Below are positions 13,887-25,750 of a stretch of DNA of 64,000 nucleotides, one piece after another. Each line of letters starts with the position of its first letter. Positions within the stretch are counted from its first letter, which is position 1. Below the pieces are notes generated by a model. The model saw only the letters and a program-made list of their open reading frames with translations, had not been told where the DNA came from and did no database searches. Source of the stretch: Mobula hypostoma (Eukaryota); assembly GCF_963921235.1 (NCBI RefSeq), contig NC_086124.1, positions 16,430,001-16,494,000 on the forward strand, given 5' to 3'. The position numbers and the translations under genes are program-made.

Positions 13887-14705
13887 TCAGCAGTCCAAAA
13901 GCAACTTCAAATACCGGGATTACAGTGTCGGCATAGACTCAGGAACCGGCTTTTAAAGAGTTGATGAAGGACCGCCCCACTCAGTGATTGGTTGCTAGGG
14001 AGATGTCCATTACAGAATCTCAGCGTTCCGAATTGCTGCTTTTCTATCACCAGTTCGAAACTGGCTAGTGCTGGTGGTGGTGGGGGGGGGGGGGCGTGGG
14101 GAGGAGATGGTGGGGAATTTAATCTGTGACCAAATATGGAAACTGGTGACTGAGGGTCAGAATTTAGCCAATATGACTGCAGCCAAATAAATTTCAAATC
14201 GCCCGCCAATTCCAAGAACAAACAAAAGAAAACCTTGTTTCAACAGCAACCGGTTTTCTTATACTGTAATAGAATCATGAATTATCAAATTTCAGTCTCA
14301 TTCGGTTAGCATTTTTACTGAATAACTTCTCAGAGTAAAATAATTAAATCGATTTCAATGCATTTATTTACTAAATGGCTTTTCGGGAAAACAGCCGCAA
14401 AAGGTTTTCAAAAGGACGGCAGGAATCAACACTGAAACGAAATGCTGCTCGATAGATCTACAAAATCATTTTGTACAACCCAATAATTAAGTTCGTTATC
14501 TGTTCTGTCTCTAAGTCGCTGCTCAATGGCAAACCGAATGCCGCGGTCTCCTTTTACACACACCGTTTTGACCTGCCCGCGGGACGCAGGGAAGCAGAGG
14601 AAACGGCGTCAGAGTAATAAAGCAGAGAGAGACCTCTATCTTACAGTTGCCTCCCGACTTTTATACAACCGTAAATTTTCTAGCCCTTTCGTGGAAAATC
14701 TGAGT

Positions 14706-14721
14706 GGCTCTTAAAAGAGCC
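14706..14721 (-). terminator. Histone mRNA 3' stem-loop (H1 copy 1)
   Basis: Minus strand GGCTCTTTTAAGAGCC then ACTCA; HDE-like GAAAGGGCT. Confidence 0.95.
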
Positions 14722-14755
14722 GTTGGTTTCAGGTGTTTAAAAGATGTATTTTTAT

Positions 14756-15388
14756 TTACTTTTTGACAGCCGTCTTCTTGGCTTTCACGGATTTTGCCTT
14801 CGGTTTGGGTTTTGCCGACTTTTTGGGCGCCTTCGCTTTCGGAGCTGAAATCTTCTTGGGGCTCTTGGTCTTCTGCGCAGCCTTCTTGGCCGCTGGTTTC
14901 TTAGCTGCCGCTTTTTTAGCCGTCGGTTTCTTAACACTTTGTTTCTTGGCGGGAGATTTCTTAGCTGCTTTCTTGGCCGCAGTTTTCTTCATCGCTGGCT
15001 TCTTGATCTGAGATGTCTTCGCCGCTGGTTTCTTCGTTTTTTTCACGATTTTCGCGCCACTGTCCTTTTTAGCGGCCTTCAAGGAGCCGGAGGCACCTGC
15101 GCCCTTGGTGTGAATCAGGGAGCCGCTTTCCAATTTCCTTTTAATGACCATCTTGATCTGACTTTTGAGCTTTTCCACATCGACGCCGTTGGCAGCCAAC
15201 TCTTTCTTTATCGCGACTATCGACACCCCTCGGTGACTGCGGCAATCCGCCACAATCTTGTCGATCTGTTCGCCCAGTTTGGGACCGGCTGGCTTGGTCC
15301 GGGCGGCCGCCTTCTTCTTCTTGGGAGCCTTGGTTGCAGCGGCAGGCGCCGGTGGAGGAGCGACTTCAGCAGCCGCGGTCTCGGTCAT
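14756..15388 (-). CDS. H1: Linker histone H1, copy 1, 210 aa
   Basis: MTETAAAEVAPPPAPAA start (ATG at 15388), winged-helix domain ending in TKGAGASGSLK, K/A/P-rich tail with SPKK motifs, 3' stem-loop. Confidence 0.95.
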   Translation of the reverse strand: MTETAAAEVAPPPAPAAATKAPKKKKAAARTKPAGPKLGEQIDKIVADCRSHRGVSIVAIKKELAANGVDVEKLKSQIKMVIKRKLESGSLIHTKGAGASGSLKAAKKDSGAKIVKKTKKPAAKTSQIKKPAMKKTAAKKAAKKSPAKKQSVKKPTAKKAAAKKPAAKKAAQKTKSPKKISAPKAKAPKKSAKPKPKAKSVKAKKTAVKK

Positions 15389-16059
15389 GTCGGCAACTCT
15401 ACACAAACTCTGAACTGAGTGAGAAATGAAGAGAGAGGCGCTGGTGCAGCGCAATTTAAAGGCAACGAGCGGACGGGGCGGAGTAACCCTGTAGTCAGCT
15501 CCCGGCCACTGTCTCTCTGTGATTCTTTTTTCTTCAAAAACACCCCCATTCCAATTAAAATCGGGCACCCCTATCACCCAGACAGCCCTCTGTTTGTGTC
15601 CGAGGCCAGATTCTTTGCTTTAAAGCAAGTTCAGTCCGAATTAGAGGCAAGGGTTTTCATTTAAATCAGTTTAACTGCAGCACTATCGTCGTTCTCTCCC
15701 GCGGCCGCTGGCATGTTCGTTGTTTTCCGACTGCAATATTGAAACTAACTAAGCAAATGCGGTTATTCCCACTTCAGGACTGAGCTGGGGAACTGGGCCA
15801 TCCCGTGACAGGGAAATCTTTTTTTTATTTTTCACAAGAGGGACGGCGAAACGTGGCGACGTGATCGGATTCATAGAGCAGCAAAGCATTCAAATATCAC
15901 TGGTTATCTGCTCTGTATCTTACAATATTTAATTTATGCACTTTAGTTTGTTAATTTATGTGTAACCCATCTGTAGATTTCATCATTACTTTCATAAGTT
16001 ATGTGCTGTGTGTGCGGTGCTTTACACTCGAGTTCGGAGAAACGTGGTCTCACCCACCT

Positions 16060-16545
16060 CCTGGGTCTCAAGATCTCGGTAGCCCTGCTGATCTCCAAGG
16101 GGACCGAATCTCTCCCTATCTACCCTTTTACTTTTAAGACAACGGGAGAACCTCTTTGGAAATTCCTGAACCTTACCTGCCAGGTCCATCTCATACCCCG
16201 TCTCTTTGCCCTCCTGGTTTCCTTCCTCAGAGTATTCTGAATCTTTTAGTAGCCAGAAGGTGATTAGATTGATGCCAACCTCCTGAATTAAGTATATGTT
16301 TTTTTTTTCAAACCTGAACCTCATTATCTCACATTTGCCAAGGTTCCCTAAATCTGCCAGATTACCCTTCACCCTAACAGCAACATTCTGTTCCCAGACA
16401 CTTGCTGTCCCAATTGCCATTCATTCACTTTCTTTCTTACAAACTCTCCAAATCAACCTTGGCTAGTAACTAATCACTCAACATTACCCTGCCCCAGTTT
16501 ACAGCCCTAATCTGTGGAGCTGACCTACTGTATCCTTCCCATCAC
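16060..16545 (-). mobile_element. Degenerate CR1 ORF2 fragment
   Basis: YEMDLAGKVQEFPKRFSRCLKSKRV..GPL resembles the CR1 EN-RT linker; duplicated at 24880-25960. Confidence 0.65.
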
Positions 16546-16739
16546 TCTGTTAAGCTAACAGAGAATGGAGAAGGTATCAACAATTACAAGGGAATCTTGG
16601 TCAACTGTGTAAGTCAGCTGAGGAAAGGTTGCCTTACTGAACATACACACTCAGAAAAGACTGTAGAAAGAAGGGAGATCTCAAAGCTTTGGTTCAGCTT
16701 GTGACTGTACAGTGTCTGCACTCTGTTCTGTCAGGACAC

Positions 16740-16945
16740 AATGTTTGGAAAAGGTCCCTACAGCCCCTTGAGCCATGCTGGCCAGCAATCCACCAATTTA
16801 ATCCCAGCCTAATCATTGGTCATTGCAAATTATCCCATTAACCTCCCAACCAGTAGGTCTTTGGACTGTGGGAGGAAACCGGAGCACCAGAGAATGTATA
16901 AACTCCTCACCGGCAACAGCAGGAATTGAACCCTGGTCACCTGCA
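16740..16945 (-). mobile_element. V-SINE (HE1/MER6-like)
   Basis: Minus strand GGTGCTCCGGTTTCCTCCCACAGTCCAAAGAC, the V-domain core, with a box B-like GGTTCAATTCC upstream. Confidence 0.75.
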
Positions 16946-17555
16946 ATTTTAAACCTTTCCTTCCTGAAACTTCCACAAAACAGGCATCAAAGACGGACAG
17001 GATGGGGATGAAATTATTTGATACACTAGCCTCCATCAGTAAAAATGATTAGCACAGGAGCTGGAATGTGGTGTTCTTTTTGTGTCAGACATTGATGAAT
17101 CCACACCCAGGATATTCTGTGCAGCTTTAGTCACCCTTATTAAAACCACAGTGTAATTAATTTTAAAGAAGTGCAAAGCAGATTTAGAAGAGTGAAGGTG
17201 GGAATTCAAGATCTGAGTTATGTGATAGTATTGAGTTTTCTGACCATGAACTTCAACTGAAGACTTTCAGATCTATTATATATTAATAGCCATGAATACT
17301 CTCACTAAAGGGAGATAATACTGTAATGACCCAATCTTCAAAGACTGTTTGTTCTCCATGGTGTATTTAGCTCCGAATCCCCACTATTTGAGTGGTGGGT
17401 CCCCTCTTCCTACCAAGGTGAAGATACTTCCAGCTAACAAAGTAGTTTAAAATAATAAACACAAGAAATTCTGCGGATGCTGGAAATCCAAAGCAATATA
17501 CACAAAATGCTGGAAGAACTACACAGGTCAGGCAACATCCATGGAAAAGAACAAA

Positions 17556-17592
17556 CAGTCGATTTTCAGGCTGAGACCCTTCTTCAGGACTG
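17556..17592 (-). ncRNA. Degenerate type I hammerhead ribozyme motif in PLE terminal repeat
   Basis: Minus strand CAGTC-CTGAAGA-AGGGTCTCAGCCT-GAAA-ATC-GACTG: helix I CAGTC/GACTG, CUGANGA and GAAA cores, helix II AGG/CCU. Confidence 0.6.
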
Positions 17593-17691
17593 GAAAGGAA
17601 GGGGAAAGGGGCCAAAATAAAAAGGTGGGAGGAGGGGAAGAAGGATAGCCTGGTGGGTAGGAATAGTCAAGGGCTGGAGATGAAACAATCT

Positions 17692-18150
17692 GATAAGACC
17701 ATAAGACATAGGAGCAGAATTAGGCCATTCAGCACACGAGTCTGCTCCATCTGATCCTAAATCCTTCCCAACCCCATACACCTGCCATCTCACCATATAC
17801 TTTGATACCCTGACAAATCAGGAAACGGACAACTTCTGCCTTATGGTCTCCATCACAGTCTGTGGCAGAGTATTCCACAGATTCTCTACTCTCTGGCTAA
17901 AAAAAAAAAAAAAATCCACTTTACCTCTGTTCTAAAAGGTTACCCTCAGTTTTGAGGCTATGCACTCATGCTCTGAATAGCCTCACCATAGGAAAAATCC
18001 TTTCTGCATCTACCCTATCGAGGCTTTTCAACATTCGGTAGGTTTCAATGAGATCCCCACGCATTCATTAACTTTAACTTATTTTATCATTTGTCTTCAA
18101 GTACCCTGAAACCTCATCGTTAATAATAGACTCCAACACTTTTCCAACTA
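17692..18150 (-). mobile_element. CR1 3' fragment nested in Penelope element
   Basis: Tail reads ATAAGACCATAAGACATAGGAGCAG on plus; internally deleted relative to the copy at 27110-28270. Confidence 0.8.
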
Positions 18151-19149
18151 CTGAAGAAAGGAGAGTGCACCATAAGAAAAAGGGAAGGAGGAGGGGCACC
18201 AGAGGGAGATGATAGGCAGGTGAGAAGAGATAAGAACCCAGAGTGGGGAATAGAAGAAGAGGAGAAATGGAGGGTATTTTTTTCACCAGAAAGGGAAATT
18301 GGAATTCATGCCATAGAGCGTACTCAGACAGAATATAAGGTGTTGCTCCTTCACCCTGAGGGTGGCATCATTTTGGCACAAGAGAAGGCCGTGGAACCAA
18401 CATGTCGGATTGGGAATGGAAAACATAAGTGGAATTTTGGGACACCAGTTCATTTCACTTTTGTCAGATAGAGCTGAGGTGCTCAACAAGCAGCACCCCA
18501 ATTTATGATGGGTGCCACCAAAGTTGAGGAGGCTGCATTGGGAGCATTGGATACAACAGACAACCCCAGTAGATTCACAGCTGAAGTGTTGCCACACCTG
18601 GAGGAACTCTTTGGGGTCCTGAATGGAGGTAAGGGAAGCGGTGGATAGACAGATATAGCACTTTGGCCACTTCCAGGGATAAATGCCCAGAGGGCGATTA
18701 GTGGGGGGTGGGTATTTGGGACGAATGGACAAGAGATCACAGAGGTAGCGATCCCCGCAGAATGTGGAGGGGGTAGGAGGTAAAGTTATGTTTGGTGGTA
18801 GGATCCCTTTGGAGATGGTGGAAGCTGCATTTAATTATGTAGTTTAAAGTTTTTTTTTCCATTTACAGTCATAATCGCTTAAATCCAAACAACATTCTCA
18901 AAATACATTGAAAAATCAGACGATTTCTTTCTTAAACATTTCCAAGTTCTCACAGGGGAATTATAGCTTATCTTGAATCTTGAAGCATTATACTCTAAAA
19001 CATTTCCTGCCGCAGGTTTCCCATTCTCATCCTCAGGCTTAGTATATACTCCTTGGTCCTCAGCCCATCACTCTCTCTTCCATGCTGGCAAACTCACACA
19101 TCATCTCTTCCGGTCTATCTCTCTGGCCCTTTTCATATCCTTACATTAC

Positions 19150-19870
19150 TGTTTTCAGATTGGTAGCCTGTGCTCAGTGGTGTGTTGCAGGGATCTGTGC
19201 TGGCTCTCCTTTTGGTTGTCGTATCTGGTATATTGATGATCTGGATGAGATTATAGGTGCATGATTAATAAGTTTGCAGATGACACCTTCATTGATGGTA
19301 TGGTGGACAATGGCAAAGGTTCTCTAAACTACAAGAGAATAAACATCAGTTGTGCAAATAGGCATGGAAATAACAGCTGGAATTTAATTCAAACAAATCC
19401 AAAGTGTAACCTTTTGGTAGGTTAAACGAGGACAGAAGATTACAAAGTGATGGGCAGTGTCCTGGAGAGCACTGCAGAACAGAGAGAACGGTGAGTGCAA
19501 TTCCTAAAAGTGCAGATGTAGGTGGACAAGGTGGCAAAGACAGCAACTGGCACACTTGCCATCATTGGTTAGGGCAATGAGTACAGGAGTGGGGATGTTG
19601 TGTTACAACTGTTCAAGATGTTAGTGAGATTGCACTTCGATATTGTGTGCAGTTCTGGTCACTGAGCTACAGGAACAATGTGATTCAGCTGCAGCTGGTG
19701 CAGAAAACATTCACAAGGATGTTACTGGAGGGCTGAAGTTACAAGAGGAGACTGGAATAGAGTGGGACTGTTTGTTCTTGAGCTCAGGAAGGTAGGGGTG
19801 AATTTACAGAGGGGCTGTAAATAAAGAGGGGCTCTTTAAATAAAGAGGGGCTGTGATAAATATAAATCTT
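19150..19870 (+). mobile_element. Degenerate CR1 RT fragment
   Basis: QGSVL, KFADDT and YCVQFWS remnants. Confidence 0.8.
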
Positions 19871-20094
19871 TCTGTAGCCTCACATTGTATAACCTCCTTC
19901 CAACGCCATGACGCTCTGAAATGTCTGCTCTCCTACATCTGTGGGCCATTTGCATCGTCACTTCCCCGTCAGATTGGGGACCTGTGACCAGTGGTGGGCT
20001 GCAGGGATCTGTGCTCGGTTGTTTGTCACGTGCATTCATGGTTTGGGTAACAATGTAAATGGCATGAATAATCAATTTGAAAATGGCACCATCA

Positions 20095-21380
20095 GATATA
20101 GGAACCGAATTAGGCCATTCAGCCCATCGATTCTATTCTGTGATTCCGTATGGCTGATTTATTATCTCTCTCAAGCCTATTCTGCTGCCTGCTCCCCATA
20201 ACCTTCGAAGCCTGACAAATCAAGGACCTATCAACTTCCACTTTAAATATAATCAATGATTTGAACTCCACAGCCAACTGTGGCAATGAATTCCACAGAT
20301 TTACCACCCTTTTGCTGAAGAAATCCCTGCTCACCCCTGTATCAATGGGCATCCTTCTGTTCTGAGGCTATGCCCTCTGGTCCAAGATTCAACTTTGGAG
20401 CGACAGAGGATGAGAGGTGACCTGATAGAGGTGTACAAGATAATGAGAGGCATTGATTGTATGGATAGTCAGAGGCTTTTTCCCAGGGCTGAAATAGCTA
20501 GCACAAGAGGGCATAGTTTTAAGGTGCTTGGAAGTAGGTACAGAGGAGATTTTTTTTTTATGCAGAGAGTAGTGAGTGCATAGAATGGGCTGCCAGTGGC
20601 AGTGGTGGTGGAGGTGGAAACGATAGGGTCTTTTAAAAGACTCCTGGATGGATACTTGGAGCTTAGAAAATAGAGGGCTATGGGTAAGCCTAGGTAGGTC
20701 TAAGGTAAGGACATGTTCGTCACAGCTTTGTGGGCTGAAGGGCCTGTATTGTGCTGTAGGTTTTCTATGTTTTCTGTGTTTCTACAGGAGACATGCTTTC
20801 CACATCTAGGTCTTTCAATTAGATCACTCCTCATTCTTCTAAACTCCAAGTACAGGCCCAGAACCATCAAACACTCCTCATATGTTAGCTCTTCCATTCC
20901 CAGAGTCATTGTTGGACTCTGGACCACCTTCAATGCCAGCACATCCTTCCTTAGATAAAAGGCCCAAAATTGCTCATACTACTCGAAGTGCAATTTGAAC
21001 AATACCTTATAAATCCTCAGCATCACATCCTTTCTCTTCCATTCTAGTCCTCTTTAAATGAATAGTTAACATTACATTTTCATTCTTTAGCACTGAATCA
21101 ATGTACAAATTAACCTTCAGGGAATCCTGCACAAGAACTCCCAAGTCCCTTTGCTCCTCTGATTTTTGAATTTTCCTCTCGTTTAGAACATTGTCGACAT
21201 CTTTGTTCCTTCTACCAAAGTGAATGACCGTATAATTACATGCACAGTATTCCATCTGCCACTTCTTTGCCCAGTCTCCAAGTGTTTCCCAGTTGTCCTG
21301 CACGCTCCCTGCTTCTTCATCACTACCATCAAGGTACCTTCCTTTGTATCATCGACAACCTCGACCACAAAAACAATTCA
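20095..21380 (-). mobile_element. CR1 3' part with a nested plus-strand CR1 3' end (about 20395-20786)
   Basis: WAKKWQMEY..IHFGRRN and RVVNLWNSLP on minus; RMRGDLIEVYKIM plus TTCTATGT tail on plus. Confidence 0.85.
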
Positions 21381-22009
21381 AACATGTAAATCATTGAGTG
21401 GGGATTAGACTCGATGGGCCAGATTCTACTCCTGTTTTATCGACTCCACTAGAAACAGGACTGGAAAGCTGCATTTATTAAACCCATTCTCCATAACAGT
21501 AACAACCGTAGTCAGCAACAATATGCATTGACTGATTAATTCGAGCAAGATTTATTCTTCTGTATCAGCCCAACTGGCCTGTTTGAATGTTTCTGGCCAC
21601 TTAGCTACCAAAAGCCAAATCCAGTTTATACTCTCGTTGGGTCTGTATATAAACGTCAACACAGGTCTCTCTTGTCAAAGGGCTTGCCAGTTTGCTACGC
21701 ATAAAAAAGGAAGTGGCTGTGTGAAAGAACCGGAATGACAGCATCTGTGGGCGACTGTGTCCCTGTAACACTATCCTGGAATCGACTGGAAATAGGACCG
21801 GTTACTAAAGGTTAAGTTTGCACTTATCAAAGGCCTTTCTCGATAACAATACCAACAGCAAATCCCTGGAAAACTTGCCATAAGGAAAACAGTAGTACAC
21901 GACAGATGTATGGGACAGGAACACGCGCTGACGGTGAGGGAGGTTATATCACACGAGAATGGTGTGTCGGCGAAAAAAAAGTGACAGCTCTTGCCACTGT
22001 CGGATTGGT

Positions 22010-22025
22010 GGCTCTTAAAAGAGCC
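22010..22025 (-). terminator. Histone mRNA 3' stem-loop (H3 copy 2)
   Basis: Minus strand GGCTCTTTTAAGAGCC then ACCAA; HDE-like CAAGAGCTG. Confidence 0.95.
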
Positions 22026-22053
22026 TTTGTTGTGCTTGGTGCCGAGGCCGAAT

Positions 22054-22470
<417 letters not shown>

Positions 22471-23311
22471 TCAGCAGTTCAAAAGCAGCTTCGAATACTG
22501 GAATTGCAATGTTGGAGCAAACTCGGGAACCGGCTTTTAAAGAGTTGATGAAGGACTGCCCTATTCCGTGATTGGTTGCAAGGGAGATGTCCATTACAGA
22601 GTCTCAGCGTTCCGAATGGCTGCTTTTCTATCACCAGTTTGAAGTTGGGCAGTACTGGCGGTGGTGGGGGGGGGGGGGGGCGATGGTGAGGAATATTATC
22701 TGTGACCAAATATGGAAATTGGTGACTGAGGGTCAGAATTTAGCCAATCTGTGTGAGTGATGGGGGATGCCGGTTCAATTTCAAATCGCCCGCCAATTCC
22801 AAGAGCAAACAAAAGAAAACCTCGTTTCAACAGCAACTGGTTTTCTTATAACAGAATCTTGAATTATCAAATTTCAGCTTCACTCGGTTAGCTGAATGTT
22901 TGCATTTTTACTGAATAGCTTCGCGGAGAAAAGGCAGACCGAATTGAAATCGATTTTAATGCAATCATTTACTAAATGGCTTTTCGGGAAAACAACTGGA
23001 ATGTTTTCAAAAGGACCACAGGAATCAACACTGAAATGAAATGCTGCTCGATATATCTCCAAAACATTAATTACAACCAAATAATTAAATTCCTTATCTG
23101 TTCTATCTCCAAGTCGCTGCCCAGTGGCAAACCGAGAGCCACTGTCTCCTTTTGTACGCACCTGACTCTGATTCCGTCCTGACCGCGGGACGCAGAGAAG
23201 CAGAGGAGAAGGGGTCAGAGTAAAAGATCGGAGAGAGACCTCTATATTCCAGTTGTCTCCCGACTTTTCTACAACCGTAAGTTTTCTAGCCCTTTCGTGG
23301 AAAATCTGAGT

Positions 23312-23327
23312 GGCTCTTAGAAGAGCC
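23312..23327 (-). terminator. Histone mRNA 3' stem-loop (H1 copy 2)
   Basis: Minus strand GGCTCTTCTAAGAGCC then ACTCA. Confidence 0.95.
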
Positions 23328-23361
23328 GTTGGTTTCAGGTGTTTAAAAGATGTATTTTTAT

Positions 23362-23994
23362 TTACTTTTTGGCAGCCGTCTTCTTGCCTTTTACGGATTT
23401 CGCCTTCGGTTTGGGTTTTGCCGACTTTTTGGGCGCCTTCGCCTTCGGGGCTGCGATCTTCTTGGGGCTCTTGGGCTTCTGCGCAGCCTTCTTGGCCGCT
23501 GGTTTCTTAGCTGCCGCTTTTTTAGCCGTCGGTTTCTTAACACTTTGTTTCTTGGCGGGAGATTTCTTAGCTGCTTTCTTGGCCGCAGTTTTCTTGATCG
23601 CTGGCTTCTTGATCTGAGATGTCTTCGCCGCTGGTTTCTTCGCTTTTTTCACGATTTTCGCGCCACTGTCCTTTTTAGCGGCCTTCAAGGAGCCGGAGGC
23701 ACCTGCGCCCTTGGTGTGAATCAGGGAGCCGCTTTCCAATTTCCTTTTAATGACCATCTTGATCTGACTTTTGAGCTTTTCCACATCGACGCCGTTGGCA
23801 GCCAACTCTTTCTTTATTGCGACTATGGACACCCCTCGGTGACTGCGGCAATCCGCCACAATCTTGTCGATCTGTTCGCCCAGTTTGGGACCGGCTGGCT
23901 TGGTCCGGGCGGCCGCCTTCTTCTTCTTGGGAGCCTTGGTTGCAGCGGCAGGCGCCGGTGGAGGAGCCACTTCAGCAGCTGCGGTCTCGGTCAT
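23362..23994 (-). CDS. H1: Linker histone H1, copy 2, 210 aa
   Basis: ATG at 23994; nearly identical to copy 1. Confidence 0.95.
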   Translation of the reverse strand: MTETAAAEVAPPPAPAAATKAPKKKKAAARTKPAGPKLGEQIDKIVADCRSHRGVSIVAIKKELAANGVDVEKLKSQIKMVIKRKLESGSLIHTKGAGASGSLKAAKKDSGAKIVKKAKKPAAKTSQIKKPAIKKTAAKKAAKKSPAKKQSVKKPTAKKAAAKKPAAKKAAQKPKSPKKIAAPKAKAPKKSAKPKPKAKSVKGKKTAAKK

Positions 23995-24069
23995 GTCGGC
24001 GACTCTGCACAAACTCTCTGAAAACTCAAGAACTGAGTGAGAAATGAAGCGAGAGGCGCCGGTGCAGCG

Positions 24070-24144
24070 CAATTTAAAGGCAGCGAGCGGACGGGGCGGA
24101 GACACCCTGTAGTCAGCTCCCGGCCACTCTGTCTCTCTGTGTTT
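24070..24144 (-). promoter_or_regulatory. H1 promoter: AC box, GC box, TATA-like element
   Basis: Minus strand AAACACA (24144-24138), CCGCCCC and TTTAAAT, in the canonical H1 order. Confidence 0.75.
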
Positions 24145-25276
24145 CTGTGTCCTCAAAAACACCCCCATTCCAATTAAAACCGAGTACCCTCATCACCGAG
24201 ACCGCTCTCTGTTTGTGTCCGAGGACGAATTCTTTGCTGTAAAACAAGTTTGGACCGAATTAGAGGCAAGGGATTTCATATAAACCGGTTTAACTGCTGC
24301 ACTAATGTCGTTCTCTCCCGCAACAGCCGGCATGTTCGTTGTTTTCCGACCGAAATATTGAAACTGACCAAAAAATGCGGCTATTCCCACTTCAGGACTG
24401 AGCTGGGGAACTGGAGCATCCAGTGACAGAGAAATCGTTTTATTTTCCACAGGAAGGGCGGCGGAATGTGGCGATTTGATCGGACTCACAAACACAGCCG
24501 CCACGCATTCAAATTCTCACTGGTTATCTGCTCTGCATCTTGCAATATTTAATTTATGCACTTTAGTTTGTTTATTTATGTGTAACGCGTCTGTAGATTT
24601 CAGCATTACTTTCATAAGTTATGTGCTGTGTGTAAGGTGCTTTACACTAGAGTTCGGAGAATCGTTGTCTCATTTGATGGTATACATATATATTGTTAAT
24701 GAGAATAAATTTGCATTGACTTGACTTGACAGTGACACCAATCTGAGGCGTCGGGCCATTCAACTCTCTCTTTGACACAACGTTCATATCAGCATAGTTA
24801 CGGCACAAACTGTGGGCCCGGAGCAGTTCCCAACACAGGTTTTCCTCTCTGCTCGCATGTTACTTGTAGATTCCCAGCTCAGTAACATCTCCTCTTGTTT
24901 CCCTTCCTTCCATCTTGAGCCATACTTTTCTCCTTAGTAAACTTTGAGAAGAAATATTCCTTACAAAACTCACCCACTTCCCGCGGCTCAAGATCTCGGT
25001 AGCCCTGCTGGTCTCTAAGGGGACCAAATCTCTCCCTAACTACCCTTTTACTCTTAAGACAACAGGAGAACCTCTTTGGAGATTCTTGAACCTTACCTGC
25101 CAGATCCATCTCATACTTCCTCCTGGTTCCCTTCCTCAAAGTATTCTGAAACTTCTTGTAACCAAAAAGGGATTGGTTTGATGCCAACCTCCTGAATGAA
25201 GTGTATGTTTTCTTTTATTTCCAAACCGGAACCTCATTATCTCACATTTGCCAAGGTTCCCTAAACCTGCCAGATT

Positions 25277-25750
25277 CTCTGTCTCTCTCTCTCTGGCTAT
25301 CCATCCCATAAGATGATGATGGTTCCTTTCAGTCAGTTAGCGGGGTGGTACCCCACTCCTCAGAAAGGAACAGTGTGTGTGTGTGAGTGGATTTTAGGTT
25401 AGTACGGGGTTGCACAAATCCAGACCCACCCTCTCGACATCCCCTTCTGGCTCCAGCGGCATGGTGGGGTCCAAGATGGCTGAGGGAAGTTCTGTTGCAA
25501 TGAATGGCCAGACCAAGCTTTGACGCAAGGGATGCCCTTTCCGCGCTTCATGGCACGTGTTTGCCATATGGCCGTTGACCCTACGAGAGGGTTCATCCCC
25601 TCTTTGGCAGGTCTTGTTTCTCATCCTGCAGGGTGTCTAGCCACCCTCCTAACCAGGCAAGCCTGGTGGGGGGGCCAGTTTGGTCACCGACCACCTGACC
25701 ATGCGACAGGTAGTACTGGGTTACACGGTACAAGTAGAACTCAGATGAAC
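25277..25750 (-). mobile_element. Non-autonomous retroelement (probably RTE-related), 474 bp, 12-bp TSD
   Basis: ACCTGCCAGATT at 25265-25276 and 25751-25762; absent from duplicate unit 1 (empty site near 16350); (GA)n tail on minus strand. Confidence 0.8.

Larger units (their letters stand above)
17457..18830 (-). mobile_element. Penelope-like element 3' part (GIY-YIG endonuclease and terminal repeat), interrupted by a CR1 at about 17692-18150
   Basis: ORF 18283-18732 contains KCYIC...QHFSCESTGVVCCIQCSQCSLLNFGGT, a decayed CxxC + VIY..YIGET GIY-YIG signature; terminal repeat at 17457-17595. Confidence 0.85.

Noticed and set aside
15389-15577. N-terminal extensions of H1 (also 23995-24168)
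   Set aside because: They cover promoter elements and differ by indels between copies; MTETA is the expected start.
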